Assembly (NCBI GenBank): GCA_964432825.1
Contig: CAYSOX010000001.1
Location: 781-64,780, forward strand
Reading direction: 5' to 3'
DNA: 64,000 nucleotides
Source of the DNA: an uncultured Lachnospiraceae bacterium
Lineage (GTDB): Bacteria; Bacillota; Clostridia; Christensenellales; UBA1242
A model generated the notes under the pieces. The model had not been told where the DNA came from, did not search any database, and saw only the letters and a list, made by a program, of their open reading frames with translations. Below, piece after piece: positions 37,305-47,206 of this stretch. The position numbers and the translations under genes are program-made. The stretch's first letter is position 1. Every line of letters starts with the position of its first letter.

Positions 37305-37485
37305 TTTGGTGCTTTTAAATGCTAAAAATCTTTGTTAGGGCGGAAAAAGGCTTTAGATGTTAAAAAGTTTTTGTTATGGGCAGAGGGAATACTTTAGGTG
37401 TTTAGAAGTATTTCGTCGGGGTGGAGAAGAGGTTTGAAATGTTAAGAAGTTTTGGGGCTTATTTAGAAAAAGTGTTTCAAAGGGT
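37305..37485 (+). repeat. five degenerate ~36-41-bp tandem units in a C-poor non-coding region
   Basis: Units end in GGG(G) and share the core TTTaRAtGtTAAaAAGTTTTTG. Examples: cggaaaaaggctttagatgttaaaaagtttttgttatggg and tggagaagaggtttgaaatgttaagaagttttgggg. Confidence 0.6.
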
Positions 37486-37524
37486 CGCAATGATAAATTT
37501 TTATAAAAAAATATTATACAGTTG

Positions 37525-37554
37525 TTGACAAAATGGTTAGTTTGGTGTTATTAT
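37525..37554 (+). promoter_or_regulatory. promoter of the 37589 gene, flanked by an inverted repeat
   Basis: TTGACA, 18-nt spacer, TGtTATTAT (extended -10). CAGTTGTT (37519-37526) and AACAACTG (37561-37568) bracket it and may form an operator. Confidence 0.5.
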
Positions 37555-37588
37555 ACCATTAACAACTGCAAAATGGGAGTGATAAGTT

Positions 37589-38095
37589 ATGATGGATGGA
37601 AACAAAAAAATAGAAAATATGTCAATTCGGGATTTATTAAGACTTATTGCTAGTGGCAAATTGAATGTTTTGCAAATGGATTATGTCAATGATATTTTAA
37701 ATCAGAAAAGAAATGTAGCATATGAGAATTTCTTTTCATTGGAAACCGACAAAGAAAGAGAGGCTTGGCTATTAGAAAATGCCGAAGAACTTGGTGAAAT
37801 TATGACCAAAAGTTTTGAAATGTTTTTATCTAAAGAGTTTCAAGACTGGAAAAAGGGTGTGGACAAAATGAATTTTCAAGAGTTAAGGTCAGAAAGTGAA
37901 AGACTTAAAAAGGAAATTCAATTAGGAAAAGCATCGGAAAATATGTTAAACTATGTAGAGCAGGCAATTGCTTATTTAAGTTCATCGGGTGCCATAGATA
38001 GAAACAGTTCAGACGAAAGAACAGGTTTAAATGGTGATTTTTCTAATCTAAAGCATCACACAGATATGTACCAAGACTGGGAACGCTTAATTTAA
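37589..38095 (+). CDS. hypothetical protein (168 aa, helical, acidic)
   Basis: ORF with RBS gggagtg. No recognisable motif. Confidence 0.6.
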   Translation: MMDGNKKIENMSIRDLLRLIASGKLNVLQMDYVNDILNQKRNVAYENFFSLETDKEREAWLLENAEELGEIMTKSFEMFLSKEFQDWKKGVDKMNFQELRSESERLKKEIQLGKASENMLNYVEQAIAYLSSSGAIDRNSSDERTGLNGDFSNLKHHTDMYQDWERLI

Positions 38096-39157
38096 CTCCC
38101 TTTTAAAATACATAAAGAATTTATTTTTATCGGCAAAAATTTTTATATAAATGTTTAATTAAAACAATTAGGAAAGTCCTAGCCTCCTTATTTAGAGTTA
38201 AGTAGGAACTAAACAAGAATTAGGAAAGTCCTAGCCTGTAAGTAGGAAGCAAAAAAGACTGGGAAAGTATAAGCCCTAAAGTTTAAACAAAAAGTCCACA
38301 ATTGAAATAAACTCATTAAGGGTAGATTTCAAAGTGGGCTTTTATTGTTGTTGGTTTTGGGAAATTGCTTTAGTGCCTTATGGTAAAAGTTTTTTAACAA
38401 ACTTAACATATTAGAACAAATTTATAGTTCAAACAAGTCTCTCTTAATATAATTCAGAGACAATCTCCTTTATGACCCCAATACGATACAATCTTATTTT
38501 TGGTCATTTTTATTTCAAAAGTCAGTGATTTTATTGAAAATTTTTATTGCAAACTTTAAAAATATTTTTATAGAACAATACAAATTTAGAAAATTTATGT
38601 TACAATGAAATAAGGAGTTAAAACAAAAAAAGGGAAGGGAGTTAGAAATAATTTTTTATCCATGGTTTAAATGGTGATACATTAGAGTGTTGAGGATAAG
38701 ATGTAAAAAAAAATTGAGAGCAATGTTCAAGGTGGGCGAAGAGGTTTTTCTTTTGGTGAGAAAATAAAATGGGGTTACAAAGGATTGTAGTTTAATGATT
38801 TAATGCTTGATTGTGCTACAAATAATTAAATTTAACAGAGGGAGGGTGGTGTTTGGTCTGTCGATAAAAACCAAAGAAGTGGTGTAAATCCTTGTAATTT
38901 AGCGGTGTTATGTTACACATAATAGTGCGAGTGCTGAATAATTAGCCAAATTATGGGGAAATTAAGATTGTAACGGTTTCATTTTATTGTTTTAAGATAA
39001 AAGATGTGCAAGGCTGTAAAAAAATAATTGATGTTTAAGATTTTAAGTGGTGTTAATGTTAATTTTTTAGAAGCGGAAGCCGTGAGTGTATTAATTAAAA
39101 ATGGTTGTAACAAAAAATATTAAATATCGACAAAAATGTAAAAAAATTAAAAATACC

Positions 39158-39186
39158 TTGATAAAATCTTATTGTTAATATATAAT
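39158..39186 (+). promoter_or_regulatory. sigma-70-type promoter of uvrBA
   Basis: TTGATA, 17-nt spacer, TATAAT, 33 nt upstream of the uvrB start. Confidence 0.55.
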
Positions 39187-39218
39187 TGAACCATAATAGT
39201 TGAGGGGGGGGGTAAAGA

Positions 39219-41177
39219 TTGGAAGAGAAAAAATTTAAACTAGTAAGTAAATTTAAGCCAACCGGAGACCAACCTCAAGCGATTGAAAAATTGGTAGAGG
39301 GTTTAAATGACGGGCTTTCCACCGAAGTGCTTTTAGGTGTTACCGGAAGTGGAAAGACTTTTACTATGGCCAATATTATTGAAAGGGTGCAACGACCAAC
39401 CTTAATTATTGCCCATAATAAGACGCTTGCCGCCCAACTTTGCAATGAATTTCGTGAACTTTTTCCAGAAAATTCGGTAAATTATTTTGTAAGTTATTAT
39501 GATTATTACCAGCCCGAGGCGTATATTGCAAGTTCGGATACATATATAGAAAAAGAATTGAGCATAAATGATGAAATTGACCGAATGAGGCATAGCGCAA
39601 CATGTAGTTTGTTTGAACGAAAAGATGTAATAATAGTGGCATCTGTTTCTTGCATATATGGGCTTGGAGAACCTAAAGAATATGCATCGCAGGCGATATC
39701 CATAAGAAAGGACTCAACACTTGATAGGGAGGTTTTAATCAGAAAACTTATAGATATCCAATACAAGCGAAATGATATAGATTTTGCAAGAGGCTGTTTT
39801 AGGTCCCGCGGTGATGTGGTGGAAATATTTCCGTCAAATAGTGCCGAAAGAACGATAAGAGTTGAGTTTTTTGGAGACGAAGTGGACGGGATATATGAAA
39901 TTGAGCAGGTTACCGGCAATAAATTGTTATCGCTTGAACATGTTGCGATTTTCCCAGCAACACATTATGCCGTGAATAATGACACTAAAGAACTTGCACT
40001 AAAGCAGATAGAAGAGGATATGGAAAAGCAAGTTAAGTTTTTTGAGAGTCAAGGAAAACTTATAGAGGCACAGCGAATTAGAGAGCGTGTGAGTTATGAT
40101 ATTGAAATGATTCGAGAAATGGGCTACACTTCAGGAATAGAAAACTATTCAAGATATTTTGATGGAAGAAGTCCGGGTGAAAAGCCATATACCTTGTTTG
40201 ATTATTTGCCCGATGATTATTTATTGATGATAGATGAAAGCCATATAACAATCCCGCAAATTAGAGGGATGTTTAATGGCGACAAAGCCCGAAAGGACAG
40301 TTTGGTTGGGTATGGTTTTAGACTTCCATCCGCATATGATAACCGCCCATTAAAATTTAATGAGTTTGAAGACCACATATCTCAGTTGATTTGTGTTTCG
40401 GCAACCCCAGGAGAGTATGAAATGGAGCGGGCAGATAAAGTTGTGGAGCAAATTATTCGCCCAACCGGTTTATTGGACCCACTAGTTGAGGTGAGAAAAA
40501 CCGAAAACCAGATTGAAAATTTGATGGCTGAAATGCAAAAGGTGATAGAAAGTGGTGGCAGAGTTTTGGTTACCACACTTACAAAGAAAATGGCAGAAAA
40601 GTTAAGTGAATACTTAAAAACAGCCGGTTTTAAGGTGACCTATTTGCATAGTGAGATTACCACCTTAGAGCGAATGGAAATTATAAATGGTTTAAGAGAG
40701 GGAAAAACAGATATAATTGTTGGTATAAACCTTTTAAGAGAGGGGTTGGATCTTCCCGAGGTGAAACTTGTAGCCATTTTAGATGCAGATAAAGAAGGCT
40801 TTTTAAGAAGTGAAGGTGCTTTAATTCAAACAATAGGGCGAACGGCAAGAAATTCAGAGGGGCGAGTAATTATGTATGCCGATGTTATGACCGAAAGTAT
40901 GAGGCACGCCATTGATGAAACAAATAGGCGTCGAAAAATACAAGATGATTACAATAAAGCACATGGCATAACACCAAAAACCATAATTAAAGACATTGCG
41001 CCAAGCCTACTAATAAGCAAAAAAGTGAAAGAAAATAAAGCAAGCAGAAAGGAAATCCCAGCATTGATTAAGGCCATGCAAAAGGAAATGAATCAAGCCG
41101 TGAAAGAATTAAATTTTGAAAAGGCTATTGAATTAAGAGATAAAATAAAAGAGTATGAAAGTGAATTAGGGGAATGA
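39219..41177 (+). CDS. uvrB: excinuclease ABC subunit B
   Basis: TTG start after gagggggggg. [21 protein letters not shown] and a C-terminal UVR domain ..[13 protein letters not shown]. Confidence 0.95.
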   Translation: MEEKKFKLVSKFKPTGDQPQAIEKLVEGLNDGLSTEVLLGVTGSGKTFTMANIIERVQRPTLIIAHNKTLAAQLCNEFRELFPENSVNYFVSYYDYYQPEAYIASSDTYIEKELSINDEIDRMRHSATCSLFERKDVIIVASVSCIYGLGEPKEYASQAISIRKDSTLDREVLIRKLIDIQYKRNDIDFARGCFRSRGDVVEIFPSNSAERTIRVEFFGDEVDGIYEIEQVTGNKLLSLEHVAIFPATHYAVNNDTKELALKQIEEDMEKQVKFFESQGKLIEAQRIRERVSYDIEMIREMGYTSGIENYSRYFDGRSPGEKPYTLFDYLPDDYLLMIDESHITIPQIRGMFNGDKARKDSLVGYGFRLPSAYDNRPLKFNEFEDHISQLICVSATPGEYEMERADKVVEQIIRPTGLLDPLVEVRKTENQIENLMAEMQKVIESGGRVLVTTLTKKMAEKLSEYLKTAGFKVTYLHSEITTLERMEIINGLREGKTDIIVGINLLREGLDLPEVKLVAILDADKEGFLRSEGALIQTIGRTARNSEGRVIMYADVMTESMRHAIDETNRRRKIQDDYNKAHGITPKTIIKDIAPSLLISKKVKENKASRKEIPALIKAMQKEMNQAVKELNFEKAIELRDKIKEYESELGE

Positions 41178-43999
41178 TTGTGGAAAACGATTTTATTAAA
41201 ATTCGAGGAGCAAGAGAAAATAACCTCAAAAATATTAATATTGATATTCCAAGGAATAAATTTGTTGTTCTTACCGGACTTTCGGGGTCGGGGAAGTCGT
41301 CGCTTGCATTTGATACAATATTTGCCGAGGGTCAGCGAAGATATATGGAAAGTTTGTCTAGTTATGCTAGGCAGTTTTTAGGAATGATGCAAAAACCGGA
41401 TGTTGACCAAATAGAAGGCTTATCGCCAGCCATTGCAATTGACCAAAAGACCACAAGTAAAAACCCGCGTTCTACGGTTGGTACGGTCACCGAAGTTTAC
41501 GATTATTACCGACTTTTGTTTGCAAGTATTGGTCACATTTATTGCCCAAATTGTAAAAAAGAGATTGTAAGTAGCACAGCCGAACAAATAGTAAACCAAA
41601 TTTTAGGGCTTGCCGAGGGTACAAAGTTTTGGGTTTTAGCACCCACAATAAGAGGTCGTAAGGGTGAGTATACAAAGTTGCTTGAAAGTTACAAAAAAGC
41701 AGGCTTTATGCGTGTTCAAGTGGATGATATTGAGTATACATTAGATGAGCAAATCCCCTTAGATAAAAACAAAAAACACACAATAAATGTTGTTGTTGAC
41801 CGACTTATTATGCGTGAAAATATAACCACAAGACTAACCGAAGCCGTTGAAACAGCATTAAAACTTGCCGACGGGTTGGTGATAGTTAAAACTGAAACGG
41901 GCGAAAGATTGTATTCTTCAAAAAATTGTTGTCCAACTTGCGGTTTTTCTTTAGGCGAGTTAAATTCCAGACTTTTCAGTTTTAATGCACCGTTTGGCGC
42001 CTGCAAAACTTGTATGGGATTAGGTTTTAGAACAATAATTGACGAAAATTTATTAATACCGGATAAGAATTTAAGTTTAAATGAGGGTGCAATCAAAACT
42101 TTTGGTTGGGGCGATATGGGAATGGCATCAATGTATTACAAGGGGCTTGCAAAATTGTATAACTTCAGTTTAGATACTCCAGTAAATCAATTGCCTAGCG
42201 AAATTTTAAACATATTGCTTTATGGAACCGACCAAAAAATTGATTTATCTTATCAAACGGCAAATTATAAGGGGGAATATAAGGGTAGATTTGACGGAAT
42301 TATACCAAGTTTGCTTCGAAAATATAAAGACACAACAAGCGATTTTACGCGTGGTGAAATAGAAAAATTAATGATAGAAAGCGAGTGTCCCGATTGTAAA
42401 GGTAAAAGATTAAACACATTGGCACTTTCGGTTAAAGTTAACGGAAAAACGATTGTAGATGTGTGTGAAATGAGTGTAAAAAAAGAGTTGGAATGGGTTG
42501 AAAACCTCAATTTAACTTCAACTGAGCAAAAAATAAGTGCTATGATCATCAAAGAAATTAAAGCAAGATTAAAGTTTTTAATAGATGTTGGATTGGATTA
42601 TTTAACACTAATGCGTGCAAGTGCAACTTTAAGCGGAGGCGAAGCACAAAGAATTAGGCTTGCCACTCAAATAGGCAGTGGACTAGTTGGGGTAACCTAC
42701 ATATTAGATGAACCAAGCATAGGTTTGCATCCAAGAGATACCGAAAAATTAATAAGAACTTTGGAGCACTTAAGGGATTTAGGCAACACCGTATTGGTTG
42801 TCGAGCACGACGAAGAAACGATGAGGCGGGCAGATTACTTGATAGATATAGGTAGAGGTGCTGGAGTTAACGGCGGAAAAGTTGTTGCAGCCGGAACTCC
42901 AGAGGAAGTTTCAAACACCGAGGGTAGTATAACGGGTGAGTATTTGAGCGGTAGAAGACAAATCCCCGTGCCAACCAAAAGGAGAACTCCAAGTGGAGAA
43001 CTGGTGCTTTTAGGTTGTAAGCAAAACAACTTAAAAAACATTGATGTAACCATTCCACTAGGTGTTATGTCTGTCGTAACAGGTGTCAGCGGAAGCGGGA
43101 AAAGTAGTTTAATAAACGAAATCTTATACCCACACCTTGCAAATGTTTTAAACCCAAATTCGCATTTAAAAGAGGGTAACTTTGAAGATATTTTAGGCGT
43201 GGAACAATTAGACAAAGTGGTGGTTATTGACCAGACTCCAATAGGTCGAACCCCTCGAAGTAACCCCGCAACATATACCGGATTGTTCACCAACATTCGT
43301 GACCTATTTGCATCAACTCCCGATGCCAAAGCGCGTGGATATTCTAGCGGAAGATTTAGTTTTAACATAAAGGGCGGAAGATGTGAAGCCTGCGGGGGCG
43401 ACGGCTTGCACAAAATTGAAATGCATTTTTTGCCCGATGTGTATGTGACCTGCGAAGATTGTGACGGAAAAAGGTATAACCACGAAACATTGGAGGTTAT
43501 GTATAAAGGCAAAAATATTAGCGATATATTGAATTTAACAGTAGAAGAAGCGGTTAAGTTCTTTGAAAATTTGCCTCAATTAAAAAATAAATTGCAAGCA
43601 TTGTATGATGTTGGTTTAGGCTATATAAAACTTGGTCAACCCGCAACAACTTTAAGCGGTGGCGAGGCACAACGAGTTAAACTTGCAACCGAACTTTCTA
43701 AACGCCCAACAGGTAAAACGATTTATATTTTAGATGAGCCAACAACGGGGTTGCACACCCATGATGTGGCAAAACTGTTAGAAATTTTAAACCGCTTAAC
43801 ATTAGGTGGAAATTCAGTTGTTTTGATAGAACACAATTTGGATTGCATAAAGCAAGCCGATTATATCATTGATTTAGGTGTAGAGGGCGGTGAAAAAGGT
43901 GGGAATATTGTAGCCGTCGGAACCCCAGAAGAAATTGTAAAATGCAAAAAGAGTTTAACAGGACAAGCATTAAAAAGTGTTTTAAAAGTTAGTAAATAA
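41174..43999 (+). CDS. uvrA: excinuclease ABC subunit A
   Basis: ATGA overlap with the uvrB stop. Two ABC modules ([31 protein letters not shown] twice) and zinc-finger cysteines. Confidence 0.97.
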   Translation: MIVENDFIKIRGARENNLKNINIDIPRNKFVVLTGLSGSGKSSLAFDTIFAEGQRRYMESLSSYARQFLGMMQKPDVDQIEGLSPAIAIDQKTTSKNPRSTVGTVTEVYDYYRLLFASIGHIYCPNCKKEIVSSTAEQIVNQILGLAEGTKFWVLAPTIRGRKGEYTKLLESYKKAGFMRVQVDDIEYTLDEQIPLDKNKKHTINVVVDRLIMRENITTRLTEAVETALKLADGLVIVKTETGERLYSSKNCCPTCGFSLGELNSRLFSFNAPFGACKTCMGLGFRTIIDENLLIPDKNLSLNEGAIKTFGWGDMGMASMYYKGLAKLYNFSLDTPVNQLPSEILNILLYGTDQKIDLSYQTANYKGEYKGRFDGIIPSLLRKYKDTTSDFTRGEIEKLMIESECPDCKGKRLNTLALSVKVNGKTIVDVCEMSVKKELEWVENLNLTSTEQKISAMIIKEIKARLKFLIDVGLDYLTLMRASATLSGGEAQRIRLATQIGSGLVGVTYILDEPSIGLHPRDTEKLIRTLEHLRDLGNTVLVVEHDEETMRRADYLIDIGRGAGVNGGKVVAAGTPEEVSNTEGSITGEYLSGRRQIPVPTKRRTPSGELVLLGCKQNNLKNIDVTIPLGVMSVVTGVSGSGKSSLINEILYPHLANVLNPNSHLKEGNFEDILGVEQLDKVVVIDQTPIGRTPRSNPATYTGLFTNIRDLFASTPDAKARGYSSGRFSFNIKGGRCEACGGDGLHKIEMHFLPDVYVTCEDCDGKRYNHETLEVMYKGKNISDILNLTVEEAVKFFENLPQLKNKLQALYDVGLGYIKLGQPATTLSGGEAQRVKLATELSKRPTGKTIYILDEPTTGLHTHDVAKLLEILNRLTLGGNSVVLIEHNLDCIKQADYIIDLGVEGGEKGGNIVAVGTPEEIVKCKKSLTGQALKSVLKVSK

Positions 44000-44009
44000 A
44001 GGGCTTATT

Positions 44010-44657
44010 ATGATACAAAAGATAAAGATTGCCATAGCCTTATGGGGTATGGTAATAATTTTACTAGTTTCGGGATGTGGTGCGTCTGCAGAAATAACCA
44101 CACAATTAATTCCAACCGAAACCGCAAAAATTAAAAGTGAAGATTCAAAAACTTTTCCTAATGAAAATATTGGTTCAATTGAAGAAAGTGAAGATGTTGA
44201 AATAAATGAGGAAATTTCAAAAGATTTAAGATTAAAGCACAAGTTTACCATCTTTAAGTTCGTCGGAAAACGCATTAATGAGTTTTGTAAAGATGCAAAG
44301 TTTACACTATTCTTCATTAAAATTAGTACGAACGATTTAACTTCCGAATTGTTTTGCATAGATATAAAATCAAAAATTCCCTTAACTTCAGCCGATGGAG
44401 TTATCCATACCGAAACATTTTCGCCTTTAGAAAATTTTAACTATCTTGAGGGCAAATTAACAGCCGAAATAATTATAACTTTCAATTATCTTGAGGAAGC
44501 AGTCAAAATTAGCGAAAATAAACTGGTCGCAATGCTTAAAAGATTGGACGAGTCAGATTTTGTTGTAACATTTACAATAAAACTAACCCAAGATATAAGT
44601 GTTCAGATTGAATGCAATTTAACAAGCGATTTAATAGAGGGGGAGTCCGTGGTGTAA
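44010..44657 (+). CDS. lipoprotein, function unknown
   Basis: Signal peptide with lipobox LLVSGC. No other motif. Confidence 0.7.
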   Translation: MIQKIKIAIALWGMVIILLVSGCGASAEITTQLIPTETAKIKSEDSKTFPNENIGSIEESEDVEINEEISKDLRLKHKFTIFKFVGKRINEFCKDAKFTLFFIKISTNDLTSELFCIDIKSKIPLTSADGVIHTETFSPLENFNYLEGKLTAEIIITFNYLEEAVKISENKLVAMLKRLDESDFVVTFTIKLTQDISVQIECNLTSDLIEGESVV

Positions 44658-44661
44658 GTTC

Positions 44662-44736
44662 CGCGGAAGCAATTTCGGGCGGATGCCCGAAATTATTGCT
44701 AGCGCAATTGAAAAATTCCCATTTTTCGCTTCCGCG
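44662..44736 (+). other. 75-nt GC-rich three-way-junction-like structure between two envelope genes
   Basis: Outer stem CGCGGAAGC / GCTTCCGCG. Inner hairpins AATTTCGGGC-GGAT-GCCCGAAATT and ATTGC-TAGC-GCAAT. Confidence 0.5.
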
Positions 44737-44828
44737 ACTTAATCTTTTTAAGAATAAAAGTGGTATAGTTAGTAAAAGGTTTGACAATCATTTAAATAAA
44801 AGGTATATTAGTTTCAAGGAAGTGAAAA

Positions 44829-45701
44829 ATGAAGAAATTTTTAAGGATTTTAATAACATTTACAATTTTGTGCCTTGCTACCTTTGGTGCAATTGGTGTA
44901 CAACCAAATAAATATAAAACAACCGAGAGCACTTCAGCCGATTCACTGGTTGCAACCGTAACATTAACAGCAAACGATGTTACACGCGGTGGGGTAGATT
45001 GCAAAATAGAAATAAACAAAGATTTGGATGTTCCAAGCACGGCAATCAAGTTTGAATACCGAACAATTGAGCCCGAAGAAGAGTTGTATTCCAAGTTTAA
45101 AAAGTCTTATAAAGAACTCACAAGCCAAGCAAAAATAGGTAAAATTGTTTATCTAAAACTAAGTTGCCCCGATTATCCCGAAGTAGAAACTTATTTGCAA
45201 ACTGCAAATGTAACACTTAAAGTATATATGCCTACATTTTTGCTAAATAAAAGCACATATTTTGTAGATTTTGCATATGCTCCCGAAAGTTCGTCTGCTA
45301 GAGTTTTAAAAGACGATGTTGTGGTAGAAGATAAAAACTTTGTGGTTTACAATATGCGTATGTCCCCCGAGGGGTGTTATGTGGCACTTGTGTACGACGG
45401 TTCATTAACAATAGTAATAATTTGCATTGTAGCATTTTTAATTATACTAGCATTATGCATCTATCTAAAAATTAGAAAAATGCACAAAGAAGACCCCGAG
45501 TATTACGAAGCATTAAAGAAAGAAAAAGCCGAAAAGAAAGAAAAAGCGTTAAAAAATAGATATTACGAAGAGTCGTTGGCAGTGTCTACCAATAAAAAAT
45601 CAAAGGTCGCGGGTTCCACCCAAAAATCTTCAAAGCAAACCACTCAAAATTCAAACAAAAAGAATAAACCAACTCCAAAACAAGTAAAAAGAAAGTTTTA
45701 A
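44829..45701 (+). CDS. type I membrane protein with K-rich cytoplasmic tail, function unknown
   Basis: N-terminal signal/TM, a C-terminal TM (IVIICIVAFLIILALCIYL), then a lysine-rich tail. Promoter TTGACA-17-TATATT and RBS aaggaag lie upstream. Confidence 0.7.
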   Translation: MKKFLRILITFTILCLATFGAIGVQPNKYKTTESTSADSLVATVTLTANDVTRGGVDCKIEINKDLDVPSTAIKFEYRTIEPEEELYSKFKKSYKELTSQAKIGKIVYLKLSCPDYPEVETYLQTANVTLKVYMPTFLLNKSTYFVDFAYAPESSSARVLKDDVVVEDKNFVVYNMRMSPEGCYVALVYDGSLTIVIICIVAFLIILALCIYLKIRKMHKEDPEYYEALKKEKAEKKEKALKNRYYEESLAVSTNKKSKVAGSTQKSSKQTTQNSNKKNKPTPKQVKRKF

Positions 45702-45779
45702 TATTTTGTGTAAACCAATTTTGGATGTATAAAGATGTAATCCGGACGCACGAAAACATAAAATAAATCCTTATTTTAT

Positions 45780-45839
45780 GTCGGGGTGCAGAGGACTTTC
45801 ACCCCGACCCCGCCAAATTCTTTGGCGGGGTTTTCGTGC
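45780..45839 (+). repeat. REP-like double hairpin
   Basis: gtcggggtg..caccccgac, then ccccgccaaattctttggcgggg, then ttttcgtgc. Followed by the attccggccgttcggtttatgtgggcggaac module. Confidence 0.7.
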
Positions 45840-45942
45840 GGAGAAATTCCGGCCGTTCGGTTTATGTGGGCGGAACAGTTTTTGTATAATTTATGTGTGC
45901 AAACAACATAATAATATTGATAAAATTTGTCTGAGGTGGGGA

Positions 45943-46983
45943 ATGAAAAAAATATTTTGTGTTGTATTAAGTTTAATAATATTTTTCGGGCTTTTTGGGA
46001 TTTTATTGTTAGACAACTTGCACCAAAACAGAAATTTTTTTGCAAATTGTTATGATTGTATAACAAATTGTGTTTCTGCAAGCCAAGAAAATTACCGCAT
46101 AACTAAGGATATTGTCCGCCCCGAGTTAGATGAAATTTATAATGTTGCAAAAACAACCAAAAATTATATCGGAAATTCTTTTAATACAACCCCAAACAAT
46201 TTGCAAAAAATGTACAACCAAAAACTTTTAAACCTTGCAAACACGGGCGAAAATGATTTAATAACTAAAAATCCCGAAACGAATATTTCCGCTTCATCTA
46301 AAACAAAACCGCAAATGGCAATAGTTATTGACGATTTTGGCTATGACCGAAAAGGTGTTGAAAAAATGCTTAATCTAGATTGCACATTAACAATTGCGGT
46401 AATGCCCGCATTGGAATTTTCTGAAGCAGATGCAAAAACCGCTCACGAAAAGGGGCACGAAGTAATTTTGCATATGCCAATGGAGGCTTACGGCAATCTT
46501 CCGCTATCATGGTACGGACCCTTGTTTATAGCAAATAACGACACCCCCGAAGTCGCTTACAACAAGATAAATCAAGGAATAAACAGCATTCCTTATTGCA
46601 ATGGGGTGAATATCCATATGGGAACAGCCGTTAGTCAAAACAAAACCTTAATGCGAGAGGTATTAAAAGCCACCAAAGAACGAAATTTAATCTTTTTAGA
46701 TAGCCGAACCATAGAAAACACCGTTTGCGAGGAGGTAGGCAAGGAAGTGGAAGCACCCGTTGTGCTACGCGATGTCTTTTTAGAACACGGCGGAGCAAAT
46801 TATGGTGTTACCACCGACCGCATAACCGAAGCCATAAATCTTTGTTTAAAAAATGGCAAATGCATAGTAATTGGGCATATAGGCTCAGTCGGACGCGATA
46901 TAACTGCCGAATGCTTAAAGGCAAACTTAAACCGCATAAAGTCTGCAGGTATAGAAATTGTGCCACTTTCCGCCTTTAAGTAA
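45943..46983 (+). CDS. divergent polysaccharide deacetylase family protein (YibQ-like), membrane-anchored
   Basis: The ATG at 45943 follows gaggtgggg. N-terminal TM. AIVIDDFGYD, HEVILHMPME and GVNIHMGT motifs. The upstream part of the 45778 ORF translates a REP element and is rejected. Confidence 0.85.
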   Translation: MKKIFCVVLSLIIFFGLFGILLLDNLHQNRNFFANCYDCITNCVSASQENYRITKDIVRPELDEIYNVAKTTKNYIGNSFNTTPNNLQKMYNQKLLNLANTGENDLITKNPETNISASSKTKPQMAIVIDDFGYDRKGVEKMLNLDCTLTIAVMPALEFSEADAKTAHEKGHEVILHMPMEAYGNLPLSWYGPLFIANNDTPEVAYNKINQGINSIPYCNGVNIHMGTAVSQNKTLMREVLKATKERNLIFLDSRTIENTVCEEVGKEVEAPVVLRDVFLEHGGANYGVTTDRITEAINLCLKNGKCIVIGHIGSVGRDITAECLKANLNRIKSAGIEIVPLSAFK

Positions 46984-46992
46984 GACGATATT

Positions 46993-47023
46993 ATTCCGCC
47001 CGTCCGGTTTAGGCGGGCGGAAT
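46993..47023 (+). repeat. GC-rich hairpin module (CCGG-TTAGGCGG type)
   Basis: attccgcccg / cgggcggaat 10-bp stem with loop tccggtttagg. The same module recurs at about 4681, 23218, 48893, 49042, 52271 and 58521. Confidence 0.7.
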
Positions 47024-47025
47024 AT

Positions 47026-47124
47026 ATCATAGGAAAAGTGTAATTTTTAGCCCTCAAAATCATAGGAAAAGTGTAGTTTTTACCCCTCAGAATTATAGGA
47101 AAAGTGTAAATTTTGCTAAAAACA
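47026..47124 (+). repeat. three 33-bp direct tandem repeats upstream of the ATPase gene
   Basis: ATCATAGGAAAAGTGTAATTTTTAGCCCTCAAA / ATCATAGGAAAAGTGTAGTTTTTACCCCTCAGA / ATTATAGGAAAAGTGTAAATTTTGCTAAAAACA, with an exact 33-bp period. Confidence 0.9.
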
Positions 47125-47206
47125 ACCCCAAAATTGTTTGTAAATACAAAGAAAAGGTGTATAATGCAGATATAATATAACCAAAGTGTATGGAGAGGCA
47201 TCTTCA

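Noticed and set aside
38167-38300. GGAAAGTCC strings resembling the RNase P RNA CR-I motif (GAGGAAAGTCC).
   Set aside because: The motif occurs twice 52 nt apart as part of a direct repeat. No matching CR-V/P4 partner (ACAGAA..GGCTTA-type) or other RNase P hallmarks were found within ~400 nt on either strand.
39186-39218. LexA (Cheo-box) operator in front of uvrB (gaaccataatagttg).
   Set aside because: The half-site spacing (GAAC-N7-GTT) does not fit the GAAC-N4-GTTC consensus of Bacillota. No better match lies in the promoter region.
46725-47201. ORFs 46800-47201 (-) and 46725-46979 (+).
   Set aside because: The minus ORF reads through the 33-bp tandem repeats, giving a periodic ..KNYTFPMIL.. 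translation, and is antisense to the deacetylase gene. The plus ORF is an out-of-frame overlap of the deacetylase gene.
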